Positions 9,586 to 19,932 of a stretch of 64,000 nt of DNA are shown here, in pieces (position 1 is the stretch's first letter; every line of letters starts with the position of its first letter). The stretch lies in the sequence record MZ375356.1; one strand, written 5' to 3'. The DNA is from Escherichia phage T4. The notes beneath the pieces were generated by a model, which saw nothing but the letters and a program-made list of their open reading frames with translations, was not told the origin of the DNA and did not search any database. The position numbers were made by a program, and so were the translations under genes.

Positions 9586-9984
9586 TTATACTCTATTACT
9601 GGAAGCCAGCTGCAGTTTTATCTGCTCAATATCATCAGGATTATCGATGACCGAAAAGCGTATTTCTACTATCAGAGTATAATCGTCATAAACGGGTATC
9701 ACATTAACTGCTAATTTATCAATACGTGGCTCATAGTTTCTTACTGCGCTTTCGATATTGCGTTCAACCGTGTCAGCAGTAAGAGGAGTCATATTTTCAA
9801 AAAGCTGGTCTGATAAATCACATCCAAATTCAGGGTCAAACGGTCTTGAACCTTTTCTTGTTGTAATAATTCCCAAAAGACTGTTTTTAATTGACCTTAA
9901 TCCAAGCGATCTGGAAACGTCTTTGTTCCAATCCATTTTCATTTCCGGGTCAATATCAGAATAAAGCTTATTAATATTTGCCAT
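9586..9984 (-). CDS. 25: baseplate wedge protein gp25
   Basis: 132-aa ORF, size and position. Confidence 0.9.
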   Translation of the reverse strand: MANINKLYSDIDPEMKMDWNKDVSRSLGLRSIKNSLLGIITTRKGSRPFDPEFGCDLSDQLFENMTPLTADTVERNIESAVRNYEPRIDKLAVNVIPVYDDYTLIVEIRFSVIDNPDDIEQIKLQLASSNRV

Positions 9985-10610
9985 TATAGTAACTCAAAGA
10001 ACTCTTTGAGGCCTCTTATTACGTGAGCATGGGTTTTTCCACACTCTGGACACTTAATTGGAACAGCCAAATAAACGGTAGGCTTTAAAAGCATATCTTT
10101 TATAGCTACAATATCTGACTCTGTGATGATAGAATATAAATCTTCTAGTTCCTTTTCATTTAAGTCTTCAACTGGAATGCTTTCCCCGTTAGCATGAATC
10201 GTTTCTATACATGATACTATCATGTGGGCTATATTTTTATCATCAAAAATTTTAGGGTATCGGAATTTAATTTTAATGTCACCTAGTGTATACCAGAGGT
10301 CTTCTGGTGCATCTATTTGTGTATGTAATAGATTTATATGGGTTGGTATTTCAGTTCCACAGGTGCACTTCCAGGAGTTTTCGTGATTAACTTCACCGAG
10401 AGAATGTGCCCATAAATGAATCAACAATAGTTCTGATTCTTGGCGGTTTAAATCTTTTGCATTTGTGCAGTCTTTGATTAGCTTTTTAACAATTACTTCT
10501 ACGGAACCATTATTTTTGGCAGTAATAAGTTCTAGATATTCTTTAAGCGTGAATGCGCGACAATTGATTATTTTAGAACCAACTCTCACATCAAATTTGT
10601 ATTCATACAT
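9984..10610 (-). CDS. 26: baseplate hub protein gp26
   Basis: 208-aa ORF with Cys-x-Cys pairs, position. Confidence 0.85.
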   Translation of the reverse strand: MYEYKFDVRVGSKIINCRAFTLKEYLELITAKNNGSVEVIVKKLIKDCTNAKDLNRQESELLLIHLWAHSLGEVNHENSWKCTCGTEIPTHINLLHTQIDAPEDLWYTLGDIKIKFRYPKIFDDKNIAHMIVSCIETIHANGESIPVEDLNEKELEDLYSIITESDIVAIKDMLLKPTVYLAVPIKCPECGKTHAHVIRGLKEFFELL

Positions 10611-10632
10611 ATTTAGCTCCTTTATTTATCAT

Positions 10633-10643
10633 ATTTATAAATA
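10633..10643. promoter_or_regulatory. divergent late promoters sharing palindromic TATTTATAAATA (gene 26 leftward, gene 51 rightward)
   Basis: TATAAATA readable on both strands within an 11-bp palindrome between the divergent starts at 10610 and 10661. Confidence 0.6.
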
Positions 10644-10660
10644 GAATAAAAGGAGCATCT

Positions 10661-11410
10661 ATGGCAAACATTATTCGTTGTAAATTACCAGATGGTGTTC
10701 ATCGTTTTAAACCATTTACGGTAGAAGATTATCGAGATTTTTTGTTAGTTCGAAACGATATAGAACATCGGTCACCACAAGAACAAAAAGAAATAATTAC
10801 TGATTTAATTGATGATTATTTTGGAGACTATCCGAAGACTTGGCAACCATTTATATTTTTGCAGGTATTTGTAGGGTCAATAGGTAAAACTAAAGTACCG
10901 GTCACATTTATATGTCCAAAATGTAAAAAAGAAAAGACAGTTCCATTTGAAATATATCAAAAAGAATTAAAGGAACCTGTTTTTGATGTAGCTAATGTTA
11001 AAATTAAATTAAAGTTTCCTTCTGAGTTTTATGAAAATAAAGCAAAGATGATTACTGAAAATATTCATTCTGTTCAAGTAGATGAAATATGGTATGATTG
11101 GAAGGAAATTAGCGAGTCCAGTCAAATAGAACTAGTTGACGCCATCGAGATAGAAACATTAGAAAAAATTCTCGATGCAATGAATCCTATTAATTTAACT
11201 CTACACATGTCATGCTGTAATAAGTACATTAAAAAATACACTGATATAGTAGACGTGTTTAAGCTATTAGTTAACCCAGATGAGATATTTACTTTTTATC
11301 AAATTAATCACACACTCGTAAAAAGTAATTATAGCTTAAATTCAATAATGAAAATGATTCCTGCCGAGCGCGGATTCGTATTAAAACTGATTGAGAAGGA
11401 TAAACAATAA
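10661..11410 (+). CDS. 51: baseplate hub assembly protein gp51
   Basis: 249-aa ORF, position. Confidence 0.85.
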
Positions 11411-12585
11411 TGAGTATGTTGCAACGCCCCGGATATCCAAATCTCAGCGTTAAATTATTTGATAGCTACGACGCTTGGAGTAATAATAGATTTGTTGAAT
11501 TAGCTGCTACTATTACCACATTAACTATGCGGGATTCTCTTTATGGCCGAAATGAAGGAATGCTGCAGTTTTATGATTCTAAAAACATCCATACAAAAAT
11601 GGATGGAAATGAAATAATTCAGATTTCTGTAGCTAATGCAAATGATATTAATAATGTTAAAACACGAATTTATGGATGTAAGCATTTTTCCGTGTCAGTA
11701 GATTCAAAAGGTGATAACATCATTGCTATTGAATTGGGAACTATTCATTCTATAGAAAATCTTAAATTTGGTAGACCATTTTTCCCTGATGCAGGTGAAT
11801 CTATAAAAGAAATGCTTGGTGTCATTTATCAGGATCGCACATTATTAACTCCAGCAATAAATGCTATAAATGCTTATGTTCCTGATATTCCATGGACTAG
11901 CACATTTGAAAACTATTTGTCATATGTAAGAGAAGTTGCTCTAGCTGTAGGAAGCGACAAATTTGTATTTGTATGGCAAGACATCATGGGCGTTAACATG
12001 ATGGACTATGATATGATGATAAATCAAGAACCATATCCAATGATTGTCGGTGAGCCATCTTTAATAGGTCAATTCATCCAAGAATTAAAATATCCATTAG
12101 CATATGATTTCGTTTGGTTGACTAAATCGAATCCTCACAAACGTGACCCAATGAAAAACGCTACTATCTATGCGCATTCATTTTTAGATTCTTCAATACC
12201 AATGATTACTACAGGAAAGGGTGAAAACTCTATTGTGGTGTCAAGGTCAGGTGCTTATTCTGAAATGACTTATAGGAATGGATATGAAGAAGCTATTCGT
12301 CTTCAAACTATGGCACAATATGACGGCTATGCTAAATGTTCTACTATCGGTAATTTTAACTTGACTCCTGGTGTTAAAATTATTTTTAATGATAGTAAAA
12401 ACCAATTTAAAACAGAATTTTACGTTGATGAAGTTATCCATGAATTATCCAATAATAATTCAGTAACTCATCTATATATGTTCACTAATGCAACGAAACT
12501 GGAAACAATAGACCCAGTTAAGGTTAAAAATGAATTTAAATCTGATACTACCACTGAAGAAAGTAGTTCTTCCAATAAGCAATAA
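11410..12585 (+). CDS. 27: baseplate hub protein gp27
   Basis: 391-aa ORF. Confidence 0.9.
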
Positions 12586-13063
12586 AGAAGTTTCTATTCC
12601 TAAAATGGGTCTTAAACATTATAACATTTTAAAAGATGTTAAAGGTCCTGATGAAAATTTAAAACTTCTCATTGATTCTATTTGTCCGAATTTATCACCG
12701 GCAGAAGTTGATTTCGTTTCTATTCATTTATTGGAATTTAATGGAAAGATTAAATCTCGTAAAGAAATAGATGGTTATACTTATGACATTAATGATGTTT
12801 ATGTATGCCAAAGATTGGAATTTCAATACCAAGGAAATACATTTTATTTTAGACCTCCTGGAAAATTTGAACAATTTTTAACGGTGAGCGATATGTTATC
12901 TAAATGCTTACTTAGGGTCAACGATGAAGTTAAAGAAATTAATTTTCTTGAGATGCCAGCATTCGTTTTAAAATGGGCAAATGATATTTTTACAACTTTA
13001 GCAATTCCTGGCCCTAATGGTCCAATAACTGGAATTGGCAATATTATTGGATTATTTGAATGA
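12530..13063 (+). CDS. 28: baseplate hub protein gp28
   Basis: 177-aa ORF overlapping the gp27 3' end. Confidence 0.85.
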
Positions 13064-14829
13064 AAAAGCCACAAGAAATGCAAACGATGCGTAGAAAAGT
13101 TATTTCAGATAATAAACCAACACAGGAAGCGGCTAAATCCGCTTCTAATACTTTATCTGGGCTTAATGACATATCTACGAAATTGGATGATGCTCAAGCT
13201 GCTTCTGAATTAATAGCTCAAACTGTCGAAGAAAAATCGAATGAAATAATTGGAGCAATTGACAATGTAGAAAGCGCAGTGAGTGATACTACTGCCGGTT
13301 CTGAGTTAATTGCTGAAACTGTCGAAATTGGCAACAATATTAATAAAGAAATCGGTGAATCGCTCGGAAGCAAATTAGATAAATTAACAAGTTTACTAGA
13401 GCAAAAAATCCAGACAGCTGGAATTCAACAGACTGGAACTAGTTTAGCTACGGTTGAAAGCGCTATTCCTGTTAAAGTCGTTGAGGATGATACTGCTGAA
13501 TCTGTGGGTCCTTTATTACCAGCTCCTGAAGCAGTTAATAATGATCCTGACGCTGATTTTTTCCCTACCCCTCAGCCAGTTGAGCCAAAGCAAGAATCAC
13601 CAGAAGAAAAACAGAAAAAAGAAGCATTTAACTTAAAATTATCTCAAGCTTTAGATAAATTAACGAAGACTGTTGATTTTGGATTTAAAAAATCCATTTC
13701 AATTACTGATAAAATATCAAGCATGCTATTTAAGTACACCGTCAGTGCTGCTATTGAAGCTGCTAAAATGACTGCAATGATATTGGCTGTTGTTGTTGGA
13801 ATAGACCTTTTGATGATTCACTTTAAATACTGGTCAGATAAATTTTCAAAAGCCTGGGATTTGTTTAGTACAGACTTTACCAAATTCTCTAGCGAAACCG
13901 GAACTTGGGGTCCTTTATTACAGAGCATCTTTGATTCTATTGATAAAATTAAACAACTTTGGGAAGCGGGAGATTGGGGTGGATTGACAGTAGCTATTGT
14001 TGAAGGGCTTGGAAAGGTTCTTTTTAATTTAGGTGAACTTATTCAATTAGGTATGGCTAAATTATCTGCAGCAATTCTTCGAGTCATTCCTGGTATGAAG
14101 GATACTGCTGATGAAGTAGAAGGAAGAGCATTAGAAAATTTCCAAAATTCTACTGGAGCATCTCTCAATAAAGAAGACCAAGAAAAAGTAGCAAATTATC
14201 AAGATAAACGAATGAATGGAGACCTTGGCCCAATAGCAGAAGGACTAGACAAAATCTCTAACTGGAAAACTCGTGCATCTAACTGGATTCGTGGTGTAGA
14301 TAATAAAGAAGCGCTGACTACCGACGAAGAGCGTGCGGCAGAAGAAGAAAAATTAAAGCAACTTTCACCGGAAGAAAGAAAAAATGCTTTAATGAAGGCT
14401 AATGAAGCTCGTGCTGCGATGATTCGTTTTGAAAAATATGCCGATTCAGCTGATATGAGTAAAGACTCAACGGTTAAATCAGTTGAAGCTGCCTATGAAG
14501 ACCTTAAAAAACGGATGGATGACCCGGATAATAATTCACCGGCAGTTAAAAAAGAACTTGCTGCTAGATTTTCTAAAATTGATGCTACTTATCAAGAGCT
14601 CAAGAAAAATCAGCCTAATGCCAAACCTGAAACTTCTGCTAAATCACCAGAAGCGAAACAAGTCCAGGTGATTGAAAAGAACAAAGCACAGCAAGCTCCT
14701 GTTCAACAAGCATCTCCTTCGATCAATAATACTAATAATGTTATTAAGAAAAATACTGTCGTTCATAATATGACACCTGTAACGAGCACGACTGCTCCTG
14801 GTGTATTTGATGCGACTGGAGTTAATTAA
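13060..14829 (+). CDS. 29: baseplate hub / tail length determinator gp29
   Basis: 589-aa ORF, ATGA overlap with gene 28 stop. Confidence 0.9.
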   Translation: MKKPQEMQTMRRKVISDNKPTQEAAKSASNTLSGLNDISTKLDDAQAASELIAQTVEEKSNEIIGAIDNVESAVSDTTAGSELIAETVEIGNNINKEIGESLGSKLDKLTSLLEQKIQTAGIQQTGTSLATVESAIPVKVVEDDTAESVGPLLPAPEAVNNDPDADFFPTPQPVEPKQESPEEKQKKEAFNLKLSQALDKLTKTVDFGFKKSISITDKISSMLFKYTVSAAIEAAKMTAMILAVVVGIDLLMIHFKYWSDKFSKAWDLFSTDFTKFSSETGTWGPLLQSIFDSIDKIKQLWEAGDWGGLTVAIVEGLGKVLFNLGELIQLGMAKLSAAILRVIPGMKDTADEVEGRALENFQNSTGASLNKEDQEKVANYQDKRMNGDLGPIAEGLDKISNWKTRASNWIRGVDNKEALTTDEERAAEEEKLKQLSPEERKNALMKANEARAAMIRFEKYADSADMSKDSTVKSVEAAYEDLKKRMDDPDNNSPAVKKELAARFSKIDATYQELKKNQPNAKPETSAKSPEAKQVQVIEKNKAQQAPVQQASPSINNTNNVIKKNTVVHNMTPVTSTTAPGVFDATGVN

Positions 14830-14837
14830 GGAATAAT

Positions 14838-15932
14838 ATGGCAATTGTTAAAGAAATAACTGCTGATTTAATTAAAAAGTCCGGTGAGAAAATTTCAGCC
14901 GGACAGAGTACTAAATCAGAAGTAGGAACTAAAACATACACAGCCCAGTTTCCAACTGGGCGTGCTAGTGGTAATGACATTACAGAGGACTTCCAGGTAA
15001 CAGATCTATATAAGAATGGATTATTATTTACTGCATACAATATGTCATCTAGGGATTCTGGAAGTCTTAGATCGATGAGATCTAACTACTCTTCTTCATC
15101 TTCGAGTATTTTACGTACAGCTAGAAACACTATTAGTAGTACAGTATCAAAACTATCAAATGGATTAATATCAAATAATAATTCAGGAACAATAAGTAAA
15201 TCTCCTATCGCAAACATTCTTTTACCGAGATCTAAATCTGATGTTGATACATCATCACATAGATTTAATGATGTTCAAGAAAGCCTTATCAGTAGAGGCG
15301 GAGGTACTGCTACTGGTGTGCTAAGTAATATTGCTTCAACCGCAGTATTTGGGGCACTGGAAAGTATAACACAAGGTATAATGGCTGATAATAATGAACA
15401 GATTTATACGACAGCCAGAAGTATGTATGGTGGTGCTGAAAATAGAACTAAAGTGTTTACATGGGATTTGACTCCACGTTCAACAGAAGATTTAATGGCT
15501 ATTATTAATATCTATCAATATTTTAACTATTTTTCTTATGGTGAAACGGGTAAATCTCAATATGCTGCTGAAATAAAGGGGTATTTAGATGATTGGTATC
15601 GTTCTACGTTAATTGAACCTTTATCTCCGGAAGACGCAGCTAAAAATAAAACACTATTTGAGAAAATGACATCGAGTTTAACTAACGTTCTAGTAGTTTC
15701 AAACCCGACAGTTTGGATGGTGAAAAACTTTGGCGCAACATCTAAGTTTGATGGAAAAACGGAAATATTTGGTCCATGTCAAATACAGAGCATTAGATTT
15801 GATAAAACACCTAATGGTAACTTTAACGGATTAGCTATTGCTCCAAACCTCCCTAGTACATTTACTCTCGAGATTACTATGAGAGAAATTATCACGTTAA
15901 ACCGTGCTTCTTTATATGCGGGGACTTTTTAA
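14838..15932 (+). CDS. 48: baseplate tail-tube junction protein gp48
   Basis: 364-aa ORF. Confidence 0.9.
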   Translation: MAIVKEITADLIKKSGEKISAGQSTKSEVGTKTYTAQFPTGRASGNDITEDFQVTDLYKNGLLFTAYNMSSRDSGSLRSMRSNYSSSSSSILRTARNTISSTVSKLSNGLISNNNSGTISKSPIANILLPRSKSDVDTSSHRFNDVQESLISRGGGTATGVLSNIASTAVFGALESITQGIMADNNEQIYTTARSMYGGAENRTKVFTWDLTPRSTEDLMAIINIYQYFNYFSYGETGKSQYAAEIKGYLDDWYRSTLIEPLSPEDAAKNKTLFEKMTSSLTNVLVVSNPTVWMVKNFGATSKFDGKTEIFGPCQIQSIRFDKTPNGNFNGLAIAPNLPSTFTLEITMREIITLNRASLYAGTF

Positions 15933-16897
15933 TGTATTCTTTAGAGGAATTTAATAATCAAGCAATAAACGCAGATTTCCAACGTAATAATATGTTTAGC
16001 TGCGTTTTTGCGACAACTCCATCAACTAAAAGCTCTTCGTTGATAAGTTCAATTAGCAACTTTTCTTATAATAACTTGGGCCTAAATTCAGATTGGTTAG
16101 GATTAACTCAAGGTGATATTAATCAGGGAATTACCACGCTAATTACAGCTGGCACACAAAAACTGATAAGAAAATCAGGAGTCAGTAAATATCTTATTGG
16201 TGCCATGAGTCAACGTACAGTTCAAAGTTTATTAGGCTCATTTACAGTTGGTACATATTTAATTGACTTCTTTAACATGGCATATAACTCATCTGGATTG
16301 ATGATATACTCTGTAAAAATGCCAGAGAATAGATTATCCTATGAAACTGACTGGAACTATAATTCTCCTAATATTCGTATAACCGGAAGAGAATTAGACC
16401 CTTTGGTTATTTCATTTAGAATGGATTCAGAAGCTTGTAACTATCGTGCAATGCAAGACTGGGTTAACTCCGTTCAAGACCCAGTAACTGGACTGCGTGC
16501 TTTGCCACAAGATGTCGAGGCAGATATTCAGGTTAATCTTCATTCTCGCAATGGATTACCTCATACTGCGGTGATGTTCACCGGATGCATTCCAATATCA
16601 GTGAGCGCTCCTGAGTTATCATATGATGGAGATAACCAAATAACTACATTTGATGTTACTTTTGCGTACAGAGTGATGCAGGCTGGAGCAGTTGATAGGC
16701 AAGCTGCGCTTGAATGGCTTGAATCTGCTGCTATAAATGGTATTCAAAGCGTTCTCGGAAATAGTGGAGGTGTTACTGGACTATCTAATTCGCTTTCACG
16801 ACTTAGTAGATTAGGGGGAACTGCAGGAAGCATTTCAAACATTAATACTATGACAGGAATTGTCAATTCGCAGAGTAAAATATTAGGAGCAATATAA
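15932..16897 (+). CDS. 54: baseplate tail-tube initiator gp54
   Basis: 321-aa ORF. Confidence 0.9.
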   Translation: MYSLEEFNNQAINADFQRNNMFSCVFATTPSTKSSSLISSISNFSYNNLGLNSDWLGLTQGDINQGITTLITAGTQKLIRKSGVSKYLIGAMSQRTVQSLLGSFTVGTYLIDFFNMAYNSSGLMIYSVKMPENRLSYETDWNYNSPNIRITGRELDPLVISFRMDSEACNYRAMQDWVNSVQDPVTGLRALPQDVEADIQVNLHSRNGLPHTAVMFTGCIPISVSAPELSYDGDNQITTFDVTFAYRVMQAGAVDRQAALEWLESAAINGIQSVLGNSGGVTGLSNSLSRLSRLGGTAGSISNINTMTGIVNSQSKILGAI

Positions 16898-16900
16898 CAA

Positions 16901-16928
16901 TGGGGACCGAAAGGTCCCCATATTTTTA
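16901..16928. terminator. bidirectional hairpin terminator between gene 54 and alt.-3
   Basis: TGGGGACC-GAAA-GGTCCCCA flanked by T-runs on both strands. Confidence 0.7.
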
Positions 16929-17216
16929 TTTACGGAATGAAATGAAAGCAGCAACTGAAGCAACTAAACTGTCTTCAATATAAACTTCAATTTTTACAGG
17001 AGCTTCTGACTCAAATTTACCTGTTACTACACCCTGAAAAATACTTTCAGTCTGTTCTGGCTTTGAAAAATTTTCAGAAGGAAAAATTCCGAACTTTTTA
17101 TCTGTTCCAAAAATTTTGATAAATTCATCGTAAACCGCTTCGTTAAAAGCATTATCAGCAGGAATAACGCCTTCAACTACAAGTTCTTGACCTAAAAAGC
17201 GTAAAGAAGATTTCAT
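16926..17216 (-). CDS. alt.-3: hypothetical protein alt.-3
   Basis: 96-aa ORF, position. Confidence 0.55.
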   Translation of the reverse strand: MKSSLRFLGQELVVEGVIPADNAFNEAVYDEFIKIFGTDKKFGIFPSENFSKPEQTESIFQGVVTGKFESEAPVKIEVYIEDSLVASVAAFISFRK

Positions 17217-17223
17217 TTTGTGT

Positions 17224-17278
17224 TCCTCATGTTATGTTAGTAAGACTACTATAACACAACACGAGGGACTTGTAAACT
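17224..17278 (-). promoter_or_regulatory. T4 early-type promoter plus leader for alt.-3 (55-bp element repeated at 30437..30491)
   Basis: minus strand GTTTAC -35, 18-nt spacer, TATAGT -10, then RBS; near-identical copy upstream of alc. Confidence 0.55.
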
Positions 17279-17452
17279 ACATTTTGAACTTTTTAGTACG
17301 CGTAATAGGCATGCGTCGATTTTATACTGTTTCATTGTTTGAAGAGCAGTATCAAAAACAGCATTAATGACACCAATTGGATTTCCACCCAAGTTTTTAA
17401 GCTTAACTAATGATAGTTTCTCATTAACACCTATCATTACGATATGCATCAT
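17249..17452 (-). CDS. alt.-2: alt.-2, degenerate paralog of Alt residues ~64-126
   Basis: MMHIV...KQYKIDACLLRVLKS aligns to Alt MMHIV...RQYKIDACMLRILKS. Confidence 0.6.
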   Translation of the reverse strand: MMHIVMIGVNEKLSLVKLKNLGGNPIGVINAVFDTALQTMKQYKIDACLLRVLKSSKCSLQVPRVVL

Positions 17453-17634
17453 TTTATCGCCTGGTTTAACGTTTTATTTGTATCACCGCCAGAGGTGTAT
17501 GTACAAAATCTAAATCCAGGAAGTACACTTTCTTCACCGGCTTGAATAGCAAAAATTTGTGGTATTTTATGCTTAGGATTTAAGTTAACAACCGGCGCCG
17601 AAGCGCCGTCAAATAATTCTGTAATAAGTTCCAT
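17449..17634 (-). CDS. alt.-1: alt.-1, degenerate paralog of Alt N-terminal ~60 residues
   Basis: MELITELFDG...PGFRFCTYTSGGDTN aligns to Alt MMELITELFDE...PGFRLCTYTSGGDTN. Confidence 0.6.
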   Translation of the reverse strand: MELITELFDGASAPVVNLNPKHKIPQIFAIQAGEESVLPGFRFCTYTSGGDTNKTLNQAIK

Positions 17635-17637
17635 GAT

Positions 17638-19686
17638 TTATCCTTGAACGAACTTGTAAGGCATGTTTGCAATATCTATGCAAGACGCAATAATTCCAAG
17701 AGATGATTCTACTTTCTGTTTAACATTTGATGAAACAAATGATGCAAAGTCAACTCTATCTTCTATATCACCTGTCATTGTAACCAATTCACCAGTTTCC
17801 ATTAAATGGTCTCCGTCATAGATTACCGATTCGGTGAGTTCTTCTGTGGTCATAACTTCAGCTTGAATAAGCTTGTTGTTAGTTTTAACTGTTCCATCAT
17901 TGTAAGATGCATCGGTTATTTTATTAACTTTGACCATTAATCCACGTGGCAAAATGACTTCCATTTCATTTGAAGGCGCTAAACTTCCACCGGGTAAAAC
18001 AACATTGACCTTATCAGCCCCAGTAATAACCCATCCAATTCCAACTAAATTATCGCTAGAATTTACAAGTCCTTCATCAGTTTTATCAATAGAAACGCTT
18101 AAACGCTTTTCGTCTGGTAAAACACCTATAGATGAATCAGTCATCCAAGTACCAAAAATATTTGGATATAATGATGTTGACACAAAGTTTCTAAAATAAA
18201 AAACTCGATTTTTTACCATTGCTTCGTATATTGAAGGTAACATTCGTTGTGAACGATACAAAGTAATACCTTTTGGTAATCGTTCACCATTTTTAAAGGC
18301 TGAATCTAAATTATCAATAGCTTTTTCTATGTCAGATGCTGTCAAAATACTTGTACGCTCATCTGGATTATATAATCCCAAAAGAGCATTATTTATGTCT
18401 ACATATCCTGAACCTACGTATTCACGAATTCCGCGTTTTTGCGCTGGTGTGTATTTAGATGAATCTTTATTTTCGACTATAGGATGTAATGACCATCCAG
18501 CGGTAAGAGCATATCCACGTAATTCTCTTCGAATAATCTTTGTTTTTATTGCATTCCAAGAATTTTGTACTAACTCATTTGCAGCATCTTGGTTTAAATG
18601 CGAATGTTTGTTAATATTTCTTTCAAACCAAGCACCCTTATATTTTTCTAAAGTATCATCGACGATAGAAGCAATAGTTTCTAAGGTTTTTATTGAAGTA
18701 ATAGATTCTTTTCGTAATCTTTCTAAAGCTTTATTTTTTATTTCTGCGTTAATAATGGATTCTTTATCTTCAGGAATTATAGAAGCTTCTCTGAATGCCA
18801 TCCCAGCTGTAACACTGCTAAGAGCATTCTCTAGTGCAAATCCTGAAGTAGAAATTACCGTTAATTCATTAGAATCAGAAATTAAAGGCGCGTCCGCTGG
18901 TTTATTTAATTCGGCCGCTGAAGCCTCAAATTTTTGAAACATTGGTGTTTCAAATCTAGAAGATTCCAATGACTGACTTTGCGCAATTGCTCTACGGGAA
19001 ATTTTAACTTTAACGATTACAGCTTGGTCAGAACGTTTATCATTTTCTTGCGCAATAGATGCTGCAATTGCCTCATTTTTAGTTACTTGAGCCCCAGTAT
19101 CTTTATTGATATAAACATCACCGACCTTCGATTCAACTTTAGTAAAGAGCTCGGTACTAATTTCCGGAACTCCTGGAATGTCTTCTAGTGATACATTTTT
19201 GCGATGTATAAGAATATATGCATACTTTTTATCGTAATCCCAGAGTTCCTTAAGAAGGACGTATCTACCACCTGAACGACTACGGATAAGTCTATCAGCA
19301 ATAACTTGAATTTGTCGAGCTTGGCCAGCAGTTTTAGACTTAAGAATACGGAGCATACAGGCATCAATTTTATACTGGCGCATTGTTTGCATTGCAACAG
19401 TAAAAACTGAATTGATATAATTAATTGGGCTTGGACCAAGACCTTTTAATTTAGCAATTGAACCTTTAGCAGTTAATGTAAAAGGAACAATATGCATCAT
19501 TTTATCGCCCATCTTTAAATCACGATTAGTATCACCTCCAGATGTATAGGTACATAAACGAAAGCCTGGTTGTTCAATTGCATCATCAACATGAACTGAA
19601 AAAATTTGCGGTATTTTCTTCTTTGGATATAAGTTTGTAATTGGAAGAGTAGTATCTTCGTCAAATAATTCTGTAATAAGTTCCAT
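17638..19686 (-). CDS. alt: Alt ADP-ribosyltransferase (packaged, injected)
   Basis: 683-codon ORF (682 aa from second Met), position before gene 30. Confidence 0.9.
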   Translation of the reverse strand: MELITELFDEDTTLPITNLYPKKKIPQIFSVHVDDAIEQPGFRLCTYTSGGDTNRDLKMGDKMMHIVPFTLTAKGSIAKLKGLGPSPINYINSVFTVAMQTMRQYKIDACMLRILKSKTAGQARQIQVIADRLIRSRSGGRYVLLKELWDYDKKYAYILIHRKNVSLEDIPGVPEISTELFTKVESKVGDVYINKDTGAQVTKNEAIAASIAQENDKRSDQAVIVKVKISRRAIAQSQSLESSRFETPMFQKFEASAAELNKPADAPLISDSNELTVISTSGFALENALSSVTAGMAFREASIIPEDKESIINAEIKNKALERLRKESITSIKTLETIASIVDDTLEKYKGAWFERNINKHSHLNQDAANELVQNSWNAIKTKIIRRELRGYALTAGWSLHPIVENKDSSKYTPAQKRGIREYVGSGYVDINNALLGLYNPDERTSILTASDIEKAIDNLDSAFKNGERLPKGITLYRSQRMLPSIYEAMVKNRVFYFRNFVSTSLYPNIFGTWMTDSSIGVLPDEKRLSVSIDKTDEGLVNSSDNLVGIGWVITGADKVNVVLPGGSLAPSNEMEVILPRGLMVKVNKITDASYNDGTVKTNNKLIQAEVMTTEELTESVIYDGDHLMETGELVTMTGDIEDRVDFASFVSSNVKQKVESSLGIIASCIDIANMPYKFVQG

Positions 19687-19714
19687 CATATCCTCTCTAG
19701 TGTTTATTCTATTC

Positions 19715-19722
19715 TATTTATA
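19715..19722 (-). promoter_or_regulatory. late promoter TATAAATA (minus) upstream of alt
   Basis: TATAAATA on minus strand 26 nt upstream of alt ATG. Confidence 0.6.
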
Positions 19723-19727
19723 AAATT

Positions 19728-19745
19728 AAAGGCCCGAAGGCCTTT
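19728..19745 (-). terminator. hairpin terminator after ORF 19744..19932
   Basis: AAAGGCC-CGAA-GGCCTTT followed on minus strand by T-rich run. Confidence 0.5.
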
Positions 19746-19932
19746 AATAATCTATTGGTAAGAGAGTACGATATATTTCAAACTTTGGACCTTTTTCATA
19801 AGCATCAAATGTTTCTGTGAATTTATTATAAGCATATGCATCTATAAATTCAATCATGATTTGTGATACAGAAGTAGAAACATCTCCACCTTCTTTTTGA
19901 GCCACGACAATTGTTTCTAAGTAAGCTTTCAT
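19744..19932 (-). CDS. small hypothetical protein between alt and gene 30
   Basis: 62-aa ORF, overlaps gene 30 stop. Confidence 0.45.
   Translation of the reverse strand: MKAYLETIVVAQKEGGDVSTSVSQIMIEFIDAYAYNKFTETFDAYEKGPKFEIYRTLLPIDY

Noticed and set aside
17930-19439. ORFs 17930..18199, 18329..18937, 18979..19188, 19185..19439
   Set aside because: Antisense or alternate-frame ORFs inside alt.
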